64,000 nt of DNA, taken from contig NIVC01002637.1 of assembly GCA_002269645.1 (NCBI GenBank), forward strand, positions 13,804 through 77,803, written 5' to 3'. This document shows, one piece after another, positions 1 to 13,342 of this stretch (the first letter of the stretch is position 1; every line of letters starts with the position of its first letter). The notes beneath the pieces were generated by a model, which worked only from the letters and a program-made list of their open reading frames with translations, made no database searches and was not told the origin of the DNA. Source of the DNA: Macrostomum lignano. Lineage: Eukaryota. The translations under genes were made by a program, and so were the position numbers.

Positions 1-830
1 GCCAGCCGGGAACGTCGCCGAGTCGCCATCGTTGTAAGCGTCATCATCGCCGTCTTCATCGTCTTCGTCATCGTCAGCATCGGCCTGTTCCTCTTCTTCT
101 TCCTCTTGCTGGCCCGCGGCCTCCTCGTCGTTGTCTTCTTGTTCGGCAGCGGCAAGAGCGGCCGCCGCCGCCGCAGCGTCTCGACCAGCGGCAGAGTGCA
201 GCAGCTCCAGCTGGGTTTGCAGATCCACCAGGCGCTGTCGCTCCAGCACCAGCTGGCGCAGCTCCCGCTCGGCAGCCGAAGCTTCCGCGTTGCCTCCATC
301 ACCATCGTCATCGCCATTCTGGCCGCCGCCGCCGCCAGACTGGTTAGTCGACAGCGAGGTCCCCGATCGTCGATAGTCGTCAGCCAGTTGGCGAACGCTT
401 TCCAAACGATCGCGGACGGAGCGGAGGCGGTCCAGGCGGGCCTGCATCGTCTCCATGGCTCCCAGCAGCTGGGCGGCTTCGCCCGCCGTCTGTCTGGCGC
501 TGAACGAACCGGCCGCCGCCTGCACCTCCGTGCTGGTTGTGGACGCGTCGGCACGCAAGTCGGCCAGCTCCTCTAGGGTCTGGTCTAGGCGGGCTCGGCG
601 CGATTCCAGATCCATTAGGCGCTTGACCAGGGCGTCTTCAGATGGTGCGCCGGCACTGGCGACTTGCTGATTGCTTGCTGGAAGTGCTGGCAGCTGGCGA
701 TGCTGCTGCGGCTGCTGACTGCCTGCGGGCTACGGATGAAAGGAGGGTGACGTTTGGGCATCAGACAGACAGACACAGACAGATAACAGACAAGTAGACA
801 CTAAGACAGACAGACAGACAGACAGACACT

Positions 831-890
<60 letters not shown>

Positions 891-892
891 CT

Positions 893-928
<36 letters not shown>

Positions 929-949
929 CTGACAGACAGACAGACAGAC

Positions 950-980
<31 letters not shown>

Positions 981-1673
981 CTGACAGACAAACAGACAGG
1001 CAGACAGACAGACAGCAGACAGACAGACAGACAGACAGACACAGACGGACAGACAGACAGACACAGACGGACAGAGACGGACAGACAGACAAACTACCTG
1101 CAACATCCGCCGCAGCAGGTCGCGCTGATTCCGCAGAGCCTCCAGCTCCTCGCCACTGTCAACATCAACGCCCCGTTCGCTGTCATCTTCGCCGCACTGG
1201 GAAGTGTCAGCCGTGTCCGGGTGCCGGCCAAGCTTCGACTCGATGGTCGGTCGGCCCTTGCTCTCCACTTCGACATCCTCGTCTGCGTCTCCATCTTCAT
1301 CAGCGTCGTCCTGATCTCCGACGTCCTCGCTGTCCCTCTCGCCGTCGGACTGTTGATCCGCCGCCATGTCAATGCCAGCATGGCGTCGGAGTCGGTCTTC
1401 GAGCGCCGCGGAGCAGTGCCGTTCCTGCGCGGCCAACTGCTGCATCAGACTGTCCAGATTGCGGCCCTGCCGGCCGCCGACAGATCGGCGAAGCTGAGCG
1501 GCCTGCCGCAGGTAGTGCCGGATCTGCTGCAGCCGGGCCGACAGGCTTTTAATATCGGACGCGTAGCCGTCTACGTCGGAATTGGCGGAGCCGTTGACCG
1601 CCGCCTCCCGACGCTTGGTTTCCGAGCGCAGCATGATTTTGATGTTGTTTTCGCGAATTAGCTCAGAGATGAG
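1..1673 (-). CDS. PCM1: PCM1-like coiled-coil centriolar satellite protein, 5' exons (gene runs off the window)
   Basis: Exon ~1673(ATG 1634)-1098, GTAG donor, (CAGA)n intron, phase-0 acceptor at 730-731, exon 729-1 open in frame. [19 protein letters not shown]...QERH and [16 protein letters not shown] resemble PCM1 N-terminal blocks as I recall them (IVSRLVQIRDYITKASSMR; L..LR.QH.LLKRMLQ). Confidence 0.75.
762..1092. repeat. (CAGA)n microsatellite in PCM1 intron
   Basis: Direct tetranucleotide repeat with variants. Confidence 0.97.
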
Positions 1674-1744
1674 CTGCAGGTTTGTTTGATGGGTAGCTGG
1701 TTGTATTGTGCATCGTTGTGTACATTCTACTTGCGAATTGTATA

Positions 1745-3935
1745 TCCCACACTGTATTTCACTCAGATCCCACACTGTATTACACTCAGATCCCACACTG
1801 TATTACACTCAGATCCCACACTGTATTTCACTCAGATCCCACACTGTATTATACTCAGATCCCACACTGTATTTCACTCAGATCCCACACTGTATTATAC
1901 TCAGATCCCACACTGTATTTCACTCAGATCCCACACTGTATTATACTCAGATCCCACACTGTATTTCACTCAGATCCCACACTGTATTATACTCAGATCC
2001 CACACTGTATTTCACTCAGATCCCACACTGTATTACACTCAGATCCCACACTATATTACACTCAGATCCCACACTGTATTACACTCAGATCCCACACTAT
2101 ATTACACTCAGATCCCACACTATATTACACTCAGATCCCACACTGTATTACACTCAGATCCCACACTGTATTTCACTCAGATCCCACACTGTATTACACT
2201 CAGATCCCACACTGTATTTCACTCAGATCCCACACTGTATTATACTCAGATCCCACACTATATTACACTCAGATCCCACACTGTATTTCACTCAGATCCC
2301 ACACTGTATTTCACTCAGATCCCACACTGTATTATACTCAGATCCCACACTGTATTTCACTCAGATCCCACACTGTATTTCACTCAGATCCCACACTGTA
2401 TTTCACTCAGATCCCACACTGTATTATACTCAGATCCCACACTGTATTATACTCAGATCCCACACTGTATTTCACTCAGATCCCACACTGTATTATACTC
2501 AGATCCCACACTGTATTTCACTCAGATCCCACACTGTATTATACTCAGATCCCACACTGTATTTCACTCAGATCCCACACTGTATTACACTCAGATCCCA
2601 CACTATATTACACTCAGATCCCACACTGTATTACACTCAGATCCCACACTATATTACACTCAGATCCCACACTATATTACACTCAGATCCCACACTGTAT
2701 TACACTCAGATCCCACACTGTATTACACTCAGATCCCACACTGTATTACACTCAGATCCCACACTGTATTTCACTCAGATCCCACACTGTATTACACTCA
2801 GATCCCACACTGTATTTCACTCAGATCCCACACTGTATTACACTCAGATCCCACACTATATTTCACTCAGATCCCACACTGTATTTCACTCAGATCCCAC
2901 ACTGTATTTCACTCAGATCCCACACTGTATTATACTCAGATCCCACACTGTATTTCACTCAGATCCCACACTGTATTTCACTCAGATCCCACACTGTATT
3001 TCACTCAGATCCCACACTGTATTATACTCAGATCCCACACTGTATTATACTCAGATCCCACACTGTATTTCACTCAGATCCCACACTGTATTCACTCAGA
3101 TCCCACTGTATTTCACTCAGATCCCACACTGTATTACACTCAGATCCCACACTGTATCACACTCAGATCCCACACTGTATTACACTCAGATCCCACACTG
3201 TATTACACTCAGATCCCACACTGTATTTCACTCAGATCCCACACTGTATTACACTCAGATCCCACACTGTATTTCACTCAGATCCCACACTGTATTACAC
3301 TCAGATCCCACACTATATTACACTCAGATCCCACACTGTATTACACTCAGATCCCACACTATATTACACTCAGATCCCACACTATATTACACTCAGATCC
3401 CACACTGTATTACACTCAGATCCCACACTGTATTACACTCAGATCCCACACTGTATTACACTCAGATCCCACACTGTATTTCACTCAGATCCCACACTGT
3501 ATTACACTCAGATCCCACACTGTATTTCACTCAGATCCCACACTGTATTACACTCAGATCCCACACTATATTTCACTCAGATCCCACACTATATTACACT
3601 CAGATCCCACACTATATTTCACTCAGATCCCACACTGTATTACACTCAGATCCCACACTATATTACACTCAGATCCCACACTGTATTACACTCAGATCCC
3701 ACACTATATTACACTCAGATCCCACACTATATTACACTCAGATCCCACACTGTATTACACTCAGATCCCACACTGTATTACACTCAGATCCCACACTATA
3801 TTACACTCAGATCCCACACTGTATTACACTCAGATCCCACACTATATTACACTCAGATCCCACACTATATTACACTCAGATCCCACACTGTATTACACTC
3901 AGATCCCACACTGCTTTAGACTCAGATCCCACACC
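1745..3935. repeat. 23-bp minisatellite, ~95 copies
   Basis: Unit ACTCAGATCCCACACTGTATTAC with few variant positions. It explains the three overlapping 23-aa-periodic ORFs. Confidence 0.98.
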
Positions 3936-4504
3936 CACCATGAATCTTAGACAATTGTCCGAACTTAACCTCACTGTGAATCCCACAAAACCAAAGTGTG
4001 AATTTTCATGAAACAGCAACAAGAAACGCCTATGTTTATTTATGTATACTATTACTTCATTAATATTAAACAAATACGAGCAATGATAACTATAAGAGTC
4101 CATAAGCACTAGTACTGATTTGATGAAAAGCAAAAGCATACATCAATCGGGTTGGGTGCACGTGTAGCTATAAGCAAACAACAGTACATTAATATAATAT
4201 TTAAATACTGTGAATTGCTGTACTAAGTACGTTACTAAAATTGGACAAGTTAATTTCGCGTCTTTGCAGTCAGAATAATTGAAAGACCCAAAAACTGTTC
4301 ATAGTACACTTTAATGTGCAAATTGCTAAGCTGTTAAGATCTTTACATTCAGTCCGTTAGTCTTAAAGATCAGAAACAGACACGAGTGTCTGTTTTCATA
4401 ACTCATTAAATTTTGCTATGGATAAACTTCGTGTCTGCTAGGTTTCAATAATTTTCGAAGCAACAACTGCTATTAACTACTTTTCATATGGCCGTTGGTT
4501 AGAG

Positions 4505-4775
4505 ATCATAGGGTGGATTGCCGGCTGGATTCCACTTCGGTCATGGGGTGATTACACCTCGGTCATAGGGTGATTCCACTTCGGTCATAGGGTGATTCCA
4601 CTTCGGTCATAGGGTGGATTGGTGGGTGGATTCTACTTCGGTCATAGGGTGATTCCACTTCGGTCATAGGGTGGATTGGTGGGTGGATTCTACTTCGGTC
4701 ATAGAGTCGGATTGCTGGGTGGATTCCACTTCGGTCATAGGGTGGATTGCTGGATGAATTCCACTTCGGTCATAA
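4505..4775. repeat. Degenerate tandem repeat (CCACTTCGGTCATAGGGTG core) in probable GTF2F2 3' UTR
   Basis: About 8 copies of the core with variable spacers. Confidence 0.85.
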
Positions 4776-4830
4776 TGTGAAAATGCTAATTATTACTAAT
4801 AACTGTAGTCCTGATTGTAATTAGGCCCAA

Positions 4831-7329
4831 TCAGACCACTTGCAAATCGTCAGTGCCGTCAGCGGCATCGCCATCTCCATCGTCCATCGATGTGGACGCG
4901 TTGCCGGCAGCGCCGCCGATTTTAGCGTCAGCATCTTCAATAGACTGCTTCCGCTTGTAGTGCCTGTACTCCGGTTTGAGCTCCCACATATTCTTGTGCG
5001 GTCCCTGATTGTTATGCACGGCAATCTCTTTGAGAATCTCTTTAAGGAATGGCAGCGGCTGCTTGGTGATGTCCACCAGATCTCGCACGGTGTAGTACTG
5101 GTGCTTCTCGAACGCCACAAATAGCCTGGCCTGGACTTCTTCAGGCGTGTTGCGCAGCTTCTTGCCTTCATCTTTGCGCATCCGCTTCATTTTGTCAATG
5201 CCGGCGTGAGATTCCATGGGCTTGCGCGGCTGCACCTGACAACGGGGGTGTCGGGAGGGGAGGTGGTGGAGCAGCTGGAGCTGCCAGCCAACATGTCTGC
5301 CTATCTCTCTGTGTCTGCAGTCCATATCAACTGCGTATGTCTATCTCTGTGTCTGTGGTCCATATCAACTGCGTATGTCTATCTCTTGTGTCTGGATGCC
5401 TATCTCTGTCTGCTTGTCTATCTCTCTGTGTCTGTGGTCCAAATCAACTGCGTATGTCTATCTCTGTGTCTGTGGTCCATATCAACTGCGTATGTCTATC
5501 TCTCTGTGTCTGTGGTCCATATCAACTGCGTATGTCTATCTCTGTGTCTGTGGTCCATATCAACTGCGTATGTCTATCTCTGTGTCTGTGGTCCATATCA
5601 ACTGCGTATGTCTATCTCTCTGTGTCTGTGGTCCATATCAACTGCGTATGTCTATCTCTCTGTGTCTGTGGTCCATATCAACTGCGTATGTCTATCTCTT
5701 GTGTCTGGATGCCTATCTCTGTCTGCTTGTCTATCTCTCTGTGTCTGTGGTCCATATCAACTGCGTATGTCTATCTCTTGTGTCTGGATGCCTATCTCTG
5801 TCTGCTTGTCTATCTCTCTGTGTCTGTGGTCCATATCAACTGCGTATGTCTATCTCTGTGTCTGTGGTCCATATCAACTGCGTATGTCTATCTCTGTGTC
5901 TGTGGTCCATATCAACTGCGTATGTCTATCTCTGTGTCTGTGGTCCATATCAACTGCGTATGTCTATCTCTGTGTCTGTGGTCCATATCAACTGCGTATG
6001 TCTATCTCTTGTGTCTGGATGCCTATCTCTGTCTGCTTGTCTATCTCTCTGTGTCTGTGGTCCATATCAACTGTGCATGTCTATCTCTGTGTCTGCCTGT
6101 CTACTCACTGTATCTGCCTATCTGTGTCTGGATGTCTATCTGTGTCTGGATGTCTATCTCTGTGTCTGGATGTCTATCTCTGTGTCTGGATGTCTATCTC
6201 TGTGTCTGGATGTATACCTCTGTGTCTGCCTATCTTTCCTCTGTGTCTGGATGTATATTATTCAGACCCTTCTTTAAATTTCTACCTACCTATTTCCCGT
6301 TATCAAGCTACGTGTCTTTTTATCTGTCCTCTGTCTGTGCCCTATATTTTGTTATGCAAACGTATCCGTACCCATCTATCCCATCTACGTATCTCGTGTA
6401 TTTTATCTATCTAATTAAGTTTTCTGTGGACAGACGACAACGAGCGTACTGTTTTTACGAGCTTATATTTATTACTCCAATTTCCTACCCGCGTTTCTAG
6501 CTGAGAAGCCTGAAACTTAGAGCTGCGATTCTGCTCCATCTGGTGCCGCTTCAAGCGCATATGAGCGGCCGGATTCTGCGGCCGGCATTCCACACGGCGT
6601 TTAACAGTGCCGTAAAGGGATGCCTTCGACTCCAGCTGGCCGTCTGGCTGTCCGGGCCGCCGGCTGAACTCTTCCTGAGTGAGCAGATAGGCATCAGCTT
6701 TTGTGTGTTAGGGGCGATTCTCATGGCTGTGTTGGGGGCGATTCTCATGGCTGTGTTGGGGGCGATTCTCATAGCTGTGTTGGGGGCGATTCTCATGGCT
6801 GTGTTGGGGGCGATTCTCATAGCTGTGTTGGGGGCGATTCTCATGGTGTGTTACGGTTGATTGCCGTGACTGCCTTAGGGGGGTTGACATTATTCAACTG
6901 CGTACTAACCATAACGAATCCTGCTTAACTTTCAGCTCTAGCAGTACAGCCATGGCCTACCTGGAGCACAAGCAGCGTCTGCTGATTTCGCCCTCCACCA
7001 GACGGTTCAATAATAAAGGAGTGATCGCGCGGTATAAGGTCTGGCCGCTCCGCCATGGCCAGAGCCGCCTCGGACGGCCTCAGGCTGACGCCTTTGCCGG
7101 TGCCGCCGGCGCTGCTGGAACCGGCGCTGTCGCCGCCGCCGTCGCTAGTAACTAAATAACCAACTTCCTGTTTGTCGCGAGCCCGACGCCACAGTTCGTC
7201 AAGATATTTTGGCACCTTGACTAGCCAAAGAGGCTGTTTAGCCTTGCTTAGATCTAAATCCTTCAGATTGTAGGAGTCTACTAAGTCTACTTGCTCTGAG
7301 AGTTGGTAGCGGGTGAGCACAGGCTGTGC

Positions 7330-7365
<36 letters not shown>

Positions 7366-7380
7366 TTGTTGTTGCTGCAT
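4831..7380 (-). CDS. GTF2F2: General transcription factor IIF subunit beta (RAP30), 3 exons, ~336 aa, N-terminal polyQ
   Basis: Exons 7380-6961, 6674-6489 and 5235-4831, all phase 0 with GT-AG sites. Motifs LWLVKVPKYL, VECRP...MRLKR and LFVAFEKHQYYTVRDLVDITKQP..FLKEILKEI..HKNMWELKPEYRHY are diagnostic of RAP30. Confidence 0.95.
5292..6255. repeat. 38-40-bp composite minisatellite in GTF2F2 intron 2
   Basis: Unit GTGTCTGTGGTCCATATCAACTGCGTATGTCTATCTCT interspersed with a GTGTCTGGATG sub-unit. Confidence 0.95.
6706..6850. repeat. 24-bp minisatellite in GTF2F2 intron 1
   Basis: Six copies of GTGTTGGGGGCGATTCTCATGGCT. Confidence 0.95.
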
Positions 7381-7569
7381 TTTTGAGGCTGAGGGATTAT
7401 TGCTTTAACTTCAATACACTGCATGAATATAGTTTATTTACATGCATAGAGATCTAAATTTATGTACGAGTATTCAAAACAATAAATTTATTAGAAGAGA
7501 AACATTGTATAGGATAGATATAATCTTACGCTACATACTATTTTACAAAGTTATGAGTTGTCACGAGGG

Positions 7570-8150
7570 AGCTGCTGAGATGCCGAGGCTCATGGAAGTG
7601 ATATCTAAGCTTATGGGGGAGTTGCTGAGATGGCTAGGCTTATGGGGTTGCTGAGATGCCTAAGCTTATGGGGTTGCTGAGATGCCTAAGCTTATGGGGG
7701 AGTTGCTGAGATGCCTAAGCTTATAGGGGAGTTGCTGAGATGCCTAACCTTAAACCTTATGGGGTTGCTAAGATGCCTAAGCTTATGGGGGAGTTGCTGA
7801 GATGCCTAAGCTTATAGGGGAGTTGCTGAGATGCCTAAGCTTATAGGGGAGTTGCTGAGATGCCTAAGCTTATAGGGGAGTTGCTGAGATGCCTAAGCTT
7901 ATGGGGAGTTGCTGAGATGCCTAAGCTTATAGGGGAGTTGCTGAGATGCCTAAGTTTATGGGGAGTTGCTGAGATGCCTAAGCTTATGGGGGAGTTGCTG
8001 AGATGCCTAAGCTTATGGGGGAGTTGCTGAGATGCCTAAGCTTATGGGGGGAGTTGCTGAGATGCCTAAGCTTATGGGGGAGTTGCTGAGATGCCTAAGC
8101 TTATGGGGGAGTTGCTGAGATGCCTAAGCTTATGGGGGAGTTGCTGAGAG
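7570..8150. repeat. ~29-bp minisatellite
   Basis: Unit GTTGCTGAGATGCCTAAGCTTATGGGGGA, about 20 copies. Confidence 0.95.
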
Positions 8151-8873
8151 GTTTTGTCTGCACACCTACTGCACACTATGCTTGCCAACTATACACTATG
8201 CATACTATTGTTTTCCTTTCTATAAGTTTTTATATTGACAATAATTTACAAAATGAACAAAAGCTAAAAATATAAGCAACATTGTTTAAAAAATGCACAA
8301 GAAAAAAGAAATTTTAAAATTTATTATAACCATATGCATAATATATTAAAATATTTTTTGACACAAAAATATTTTTTATGTAGCAATAAAATAAATATGA
8401 TAAAGTAGATAACTTACAACAATAACTATTTTCAAAAACTATGGTATGTTATATAATATAGAATTATAATATCCCATGCCATGCTTTAAGACATGTCTTA
8501 CTATCATGCTAAATTTTATATTATCAAGCTATTCTATACCATAGCATATTACCTTTGCCAGGCAATATCCAAATGTATACCAATGCAAGCGCATAGTCAT
8601 TTTGTCTGCTAGCAAAAAAACTTTAAAAAATTTAAATTTAGCTGCATATATTATAAAGCTTTTTTTCATGAGATTTATAAGTCAAAAAAATTTATGGTGA
8701 GATAACATGTTTGTATCTGTACCTTGTTTGTTATAATAGTTCAGAGAAATATGATAACCTATATTATATAATATTTAAATATCTAATAAGAAAAAGATTT
8801 TAATTTTAATTTAACTATCTTTTAGTTAGGATGATTTATGATTTATAGTTTATCTATTATATATTCTATCATA

Positions 8874-9159
8874 CATGCGCAATCTCCAAAATTTGGTCGG
8901 CCATAGGACTTAGTTTTAACAGAAATGCAACATAGTTTTTGGCCAAAAATGCGACTTACATGGAAAAAAACCTAAAGCAAAATTAACGCAACTTTGGGTA
9001 AACGGCAGGAGTAACTATGACTGTCTTATTAAGTCAAAATGCCTTGTCAGCTACTTAGTACTACACTTTGATATTTTTGGGTGGGCATTTTTGTGACTTC
9101 CTTGATTGGCTGCCAAATTGGTCAGCCAGATTGGCCAACTCGGCCAACTGTTGCCCATG
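8874..9159. mobile_element. MITE, TA target site (Tc1/mariner-type), copy 1
   Basis: TA-CATGCGCAAT...GTTGCCCATG-TA imperfect TIRs. Second copy at 56034-56313. Confidence 0.8.
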
Positions 9160-10170
9160 TATGTATTCTATAAATGATAAACAGATAGATAGGTAATTAT
9201 TAATTAAATAAAAAATATAGGAATTATTACTTTTATATATGCTTATGTCATATCTCTAATAGCCTAACATTAGTTGAGCACAAGCAGTTGACATTAGTTG
9301 AGCACAAATGATTTTGTTATTTAATTACTATCTTATTATAATATTATAACATTGACTTCAAATTTAATATTTTTAAGCAAACAAATTGTCAATAGATAAA
9401 ATAACTATCAACCCTTATACCATAGTCCAGATCATGCTAGGCCTAGATGCATACCTAAACAAAAATTGATAATTACAAATGCACGCTAAAAAAATGGAGT
9501 ATATGCCTATTCTCAAAACTATGCCAGTATTGCAACAATAAATGACCTTTTTTACATTGTGACAATAAATGACACTTTTTACATTATGACAATAAATGAC
9601 CTTTTTTGAATTGCATAATAAATCTTTTTGGCAAATGACTTGGTTCATTTTTTGCTTTTTTGACAATACCATTTACAGTGGAAAATTAATATATGCAAAG
9701 ATTTGTTTAAATGCTTTATTATGAGCTTCAAAACCTGGAAGCCTAGAAATTTATGCTTAAAATAAACCTATTTTCATCCTTTTTTCTACTTTACGATAAC
9801 TTTTTGGCATGATTCTATGAAGTGCATACCAGGTATATACCTACACTATTTCTTAGGAATGATATATACTAACTTTGCACACTTATTTTTGGTATGCAAG
9901 GCCAATGCACATATAAATTTTTGGGCGTATGCTATATGATCCAGAGTATGGCCCTCTAATATAGCAATGTATACCAATATATTTAGCCAAATAAAATGCA
10001 TGTTTGAATTTTCTATCATGATGTATGGCTTTTTAGAATATAGATAATAAGTATAGGCAAGGCAAATAAATTTATGCCTAAATAAACTTTTATTTTAAAT
10101 TCATTGATATATGAAATAAGATTAGGCCAGCTATAGTTAAAATTAAATATAGGCCTATATAGGCCTATTA

Positions 10171-10328
10171 GGCACAACCTTAAGAATCACTTTGCCATTT
10201 CTATTGGCAATATACATATATAAGTCACTATGGGCTAAGAGCAGTCACCTGACTACTATTCTGTCCAATAGCAACTTACATGTATGTGTTGCCAATAGAA
10301 ATGGCCAGGTGAATCCCTAGGTTGTGCC
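10171..10328. mobile_element. Small foldback/MITE with ~40-bp imperfect TIRs
   Basis: GGCACAACCT...GCCATTTCTATTGGCAA at left is the inverted complement of TTGCCAATAGAAATGGC...AGGTTGTGCC at right. No clear TSD. Confidence 0.6.
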
Positions 10329-10820
10329 CAAGCATGTAGGCCTAGAAGCTTTGATATCAAAGTTATTAAAAGATAGGCTAGGGCCTACTAATATTTTATT
10401 ATTAGATATAGATAAGATAGTAAATTTAAGCAATTAAGGAATACTTTCTGCTTCTAAATATAGGCCTAATTTTATTTAAAATATTACTATAAATAATAAT
10501 AGTAGAAAGTAGAAAGCTATAATATAGTTTTTTTTCTTAGTTGGCAATAGCCTTTATATATTTATATTCAATAAAAATATCAGGCCTATGCCTATATATA
10601 TAGATTGTGATGGCTAGGGTCTAATATTAAAAAATTGCATCTTTAAATTAGACCTTGGATTGGATATAATTTTGTATCCTAGGGGCCTATCTTAGTGCCC
10701 CCAAAAAAACCCAAGGCTATATTCTAGTACTACCATTACTAGGCCTAGCCTAGAGTCTAGAGATGCTATATAATATCCTAACTTTCTAGTTTCCAAATCA
10801 TATCTTGAAATTAGGCGGCA

Positions 10821-11184
10821 CAGGACCTCCAGCTAGGGGGGGGGGGCGGTGGTTGGATGGTCACCCCCAGAAAAAATTATCAAAAAAATAATTACATTCC
10901 AGCTTTCCAAAATCGTTAGGATTTGTTATCGCCCAGGCCCAGTTTGCAGTTCGCCCTCAAAGGGTGACCACCCTTACAGCCTACAGGCCCTACCGGGTGA
11001 CCACCCCCCTGAGGTCTCAGGTGACCACCCCCATGCCCCATGGGGTGACCACACTTTTGAAAAAATATGGTAAAGTACCAATTTTTTTAAGTAGTGGGTG
11101 GTCACCCCCTGGGGGTGGTCACCCCGAGGGTGGTGAGGGGTGGTCACCCGGGGGCAGCCTGCCCCCCCCCCTGCGCCGCCACTG
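10821..11184. mobile_element. Possible hAT-type MITE with many GGTGACCAC motifs in both orientations
   Basis: CAGG...G-run at left, C-run...GCCGCCACTG at right, about 10 internal GGTGACCAC/GTGGTCACC motifs. No 8-bp TSD found. Confidence 0.4.
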
Positions 11185-13342
11185 ACCCTGAATGCAATTT
11201 TGCATTTTAGCACTAGCAAAAAATCTAGAGACTTCTCTGCTTAGACCTTATATTTGGCAATTAGTGCTCAGCCTAGAGACTATGCTATGTCCTTGCCTCT
11301 ATGGCTCTATTCTTAGGTCTATTGCTAAGGTGTGGTCTGTGGAGACTATGGAGTATGGCTCATGGCTTATGACGAACTAGGGGCCTATCTTTGTGTGCCA
11401 CTGTCATTGGCATAGGGCCTAGCATATAGTAGGCCTAGCTAGTTATAGACCTAGGCCTAGTCAATGGACTGTTATCACTGTACTCGTAATCCCCTAATGT
11501 AGCTAGTTATGCTAGGGCCTATTTTGGCCTTGGGGCAAGGCCTACCCTACTATTACTACTTTTTGCTGCGTATCTTGTATTTAACTGAGCGGTACCACAC
11601 CAGTTTTGATTGTGGACAGCTAGGCCTATAACTTGAAGATGATAAAAAATTATTCCTCTCTTTCAGTCTTTCTTAGTCCTGGCTTAAATATTTATTTACA
11701 CATCTGGCTTTAAAACATTAACACATTAACACAATACTAGGCTTTGGCAAGGTCTAGGGGCCTATTGTAGCATAAAAACCAGACATGCCAGAGCCAGATT
11801 GCCCTAGCCCTGCAACTTGGCATCGTGACGACGTACCCACGTAAAGCTGTCGGCAAATTCATAAATAGAGCATGATCGATGATCGATCGGCAAAAATATC
11901 AGAAGTTCTTTAAATTAAAATTGCACAGAAGCTTACTTTAAAGAAACAAATGTTCAAAACTAATAGGTTTTAAAAAAAAATTTAAGTACCACCGCCTGAA
12001 CTTTGTTTCTACCAGTTTAAAAAAAGTAATATAACTAGAAACTATTTTCAGTAATTTTAGTCTTTCCGATAACTTCTGCCAGAGAGGCCTATACGCTTCT
12101 ACAGCCTCCGAGCCTCGCGCCGTCGGAGTTGCGGAAGCCGGTTTTGGACCCTATTGCTTCATCGGTGCATCCTCCAGAGAGCCCTAAAAGTTAGGCCACT
12201 GGCCCGCGGGTCCCACAGCCAGCTGGCCGCCTGCAGACCCCTAATTTCTCTCTCAGGAGGGATATTTTTGCACTGTGTAAGTGTCACTTAGATGCTGCAC
12301 CCTCAGTTCGCGGGCCATCAGTAGTAATTTTTTACATGTTTTGGGCCCCGACTATAGGCTCCCATCCGGAATAATTAAGACGCATTCATTCACTGCTCTA
12401 CCAAAAAACTGACTTCACTGTTTCTCACCGCCACGATACTACATATGTATACTGATCCATACACTGTTGATAAGATTTTGCATGTACACTCATGTACTTG
12501 TTGGTAGTGTGTTTTTTCATGCAGCTATAAGTCGCTCTAGCCGCGTAATGCGCGCCATACAGTTAAAGTAGCATCGGAGTGTAAATGTAATGAGAGCCGT
12601 AAATACATGTTTTTTCTTAGTTTAATTAATCCTAATGTACATGTACACTTGTAGTTTATGTACTTGCCATAAGGGCTAAGATGCGGAGCCTTCTCTCTCT
12701 CCAATTATTACCGCGTAGTACACTACGTATATTCTTAGCGTGACTTGTAACTTTCAGTGACGACATATAAACGACACAGTCCGTGAATGGTAAGCAACGC
12801 TTAGCTATTAACCAAACAGCGCACTGCTCTTACTTCTTGTAGAGAATCATGCAAATCACTGCTGACATAACCAAATCATATATACGCTCGTATATTGATT
12901 GATTAAGAGTTAAGACGATGTCCGACAGCATCTCGTTTTAGCTTAAAGTTTAGCTACTACAGTAAGGCCGTATATTACAGGTTTTAGTTGACAAAATTGA
13001 GAGACAAAAATATTCTGCTTGCATACATTCAGTACTGCATTTGAGTACATGTTCAATACAAATTATTACATATGTGTATTCAACGCAGTATCCAAAAAGT
13101 GGATCATAAATTAGTATTTCAGAGTCTTACCAATAATACAATTTTTACAGCTCTACAGTTATTCACTGCACCACAAAATTGACATCAAGGCGACTTGCAA
13201 AAACATTCTCGGCATTTCATGCAGCCTGCATTGCTCCAAACTGTAAAAGCTGGCATCTGAGGATATTTAAAGGCATTTTCACATCAATTTAAATGAAAGG
13301 CACGGCATGGATGCGGTAATAAATAAAATTCGTTTCTTTATC

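Noticed and set aside
1745-3935. CRISPR-like appearance of this and other arrays
   Set aside because: No unique spacers, no cas genes, eukaryotic context.
1686-4011. Three 740-770 aa ORFs
   Set aside because: Artefact of a stop-free 23-bp minisatellite that is open in all three frames.
5206-6500. Long Cys/Val/Ser-rich ORFs
   Set aside because: They translate the intronic minisatellite antisense to GTF2F2.
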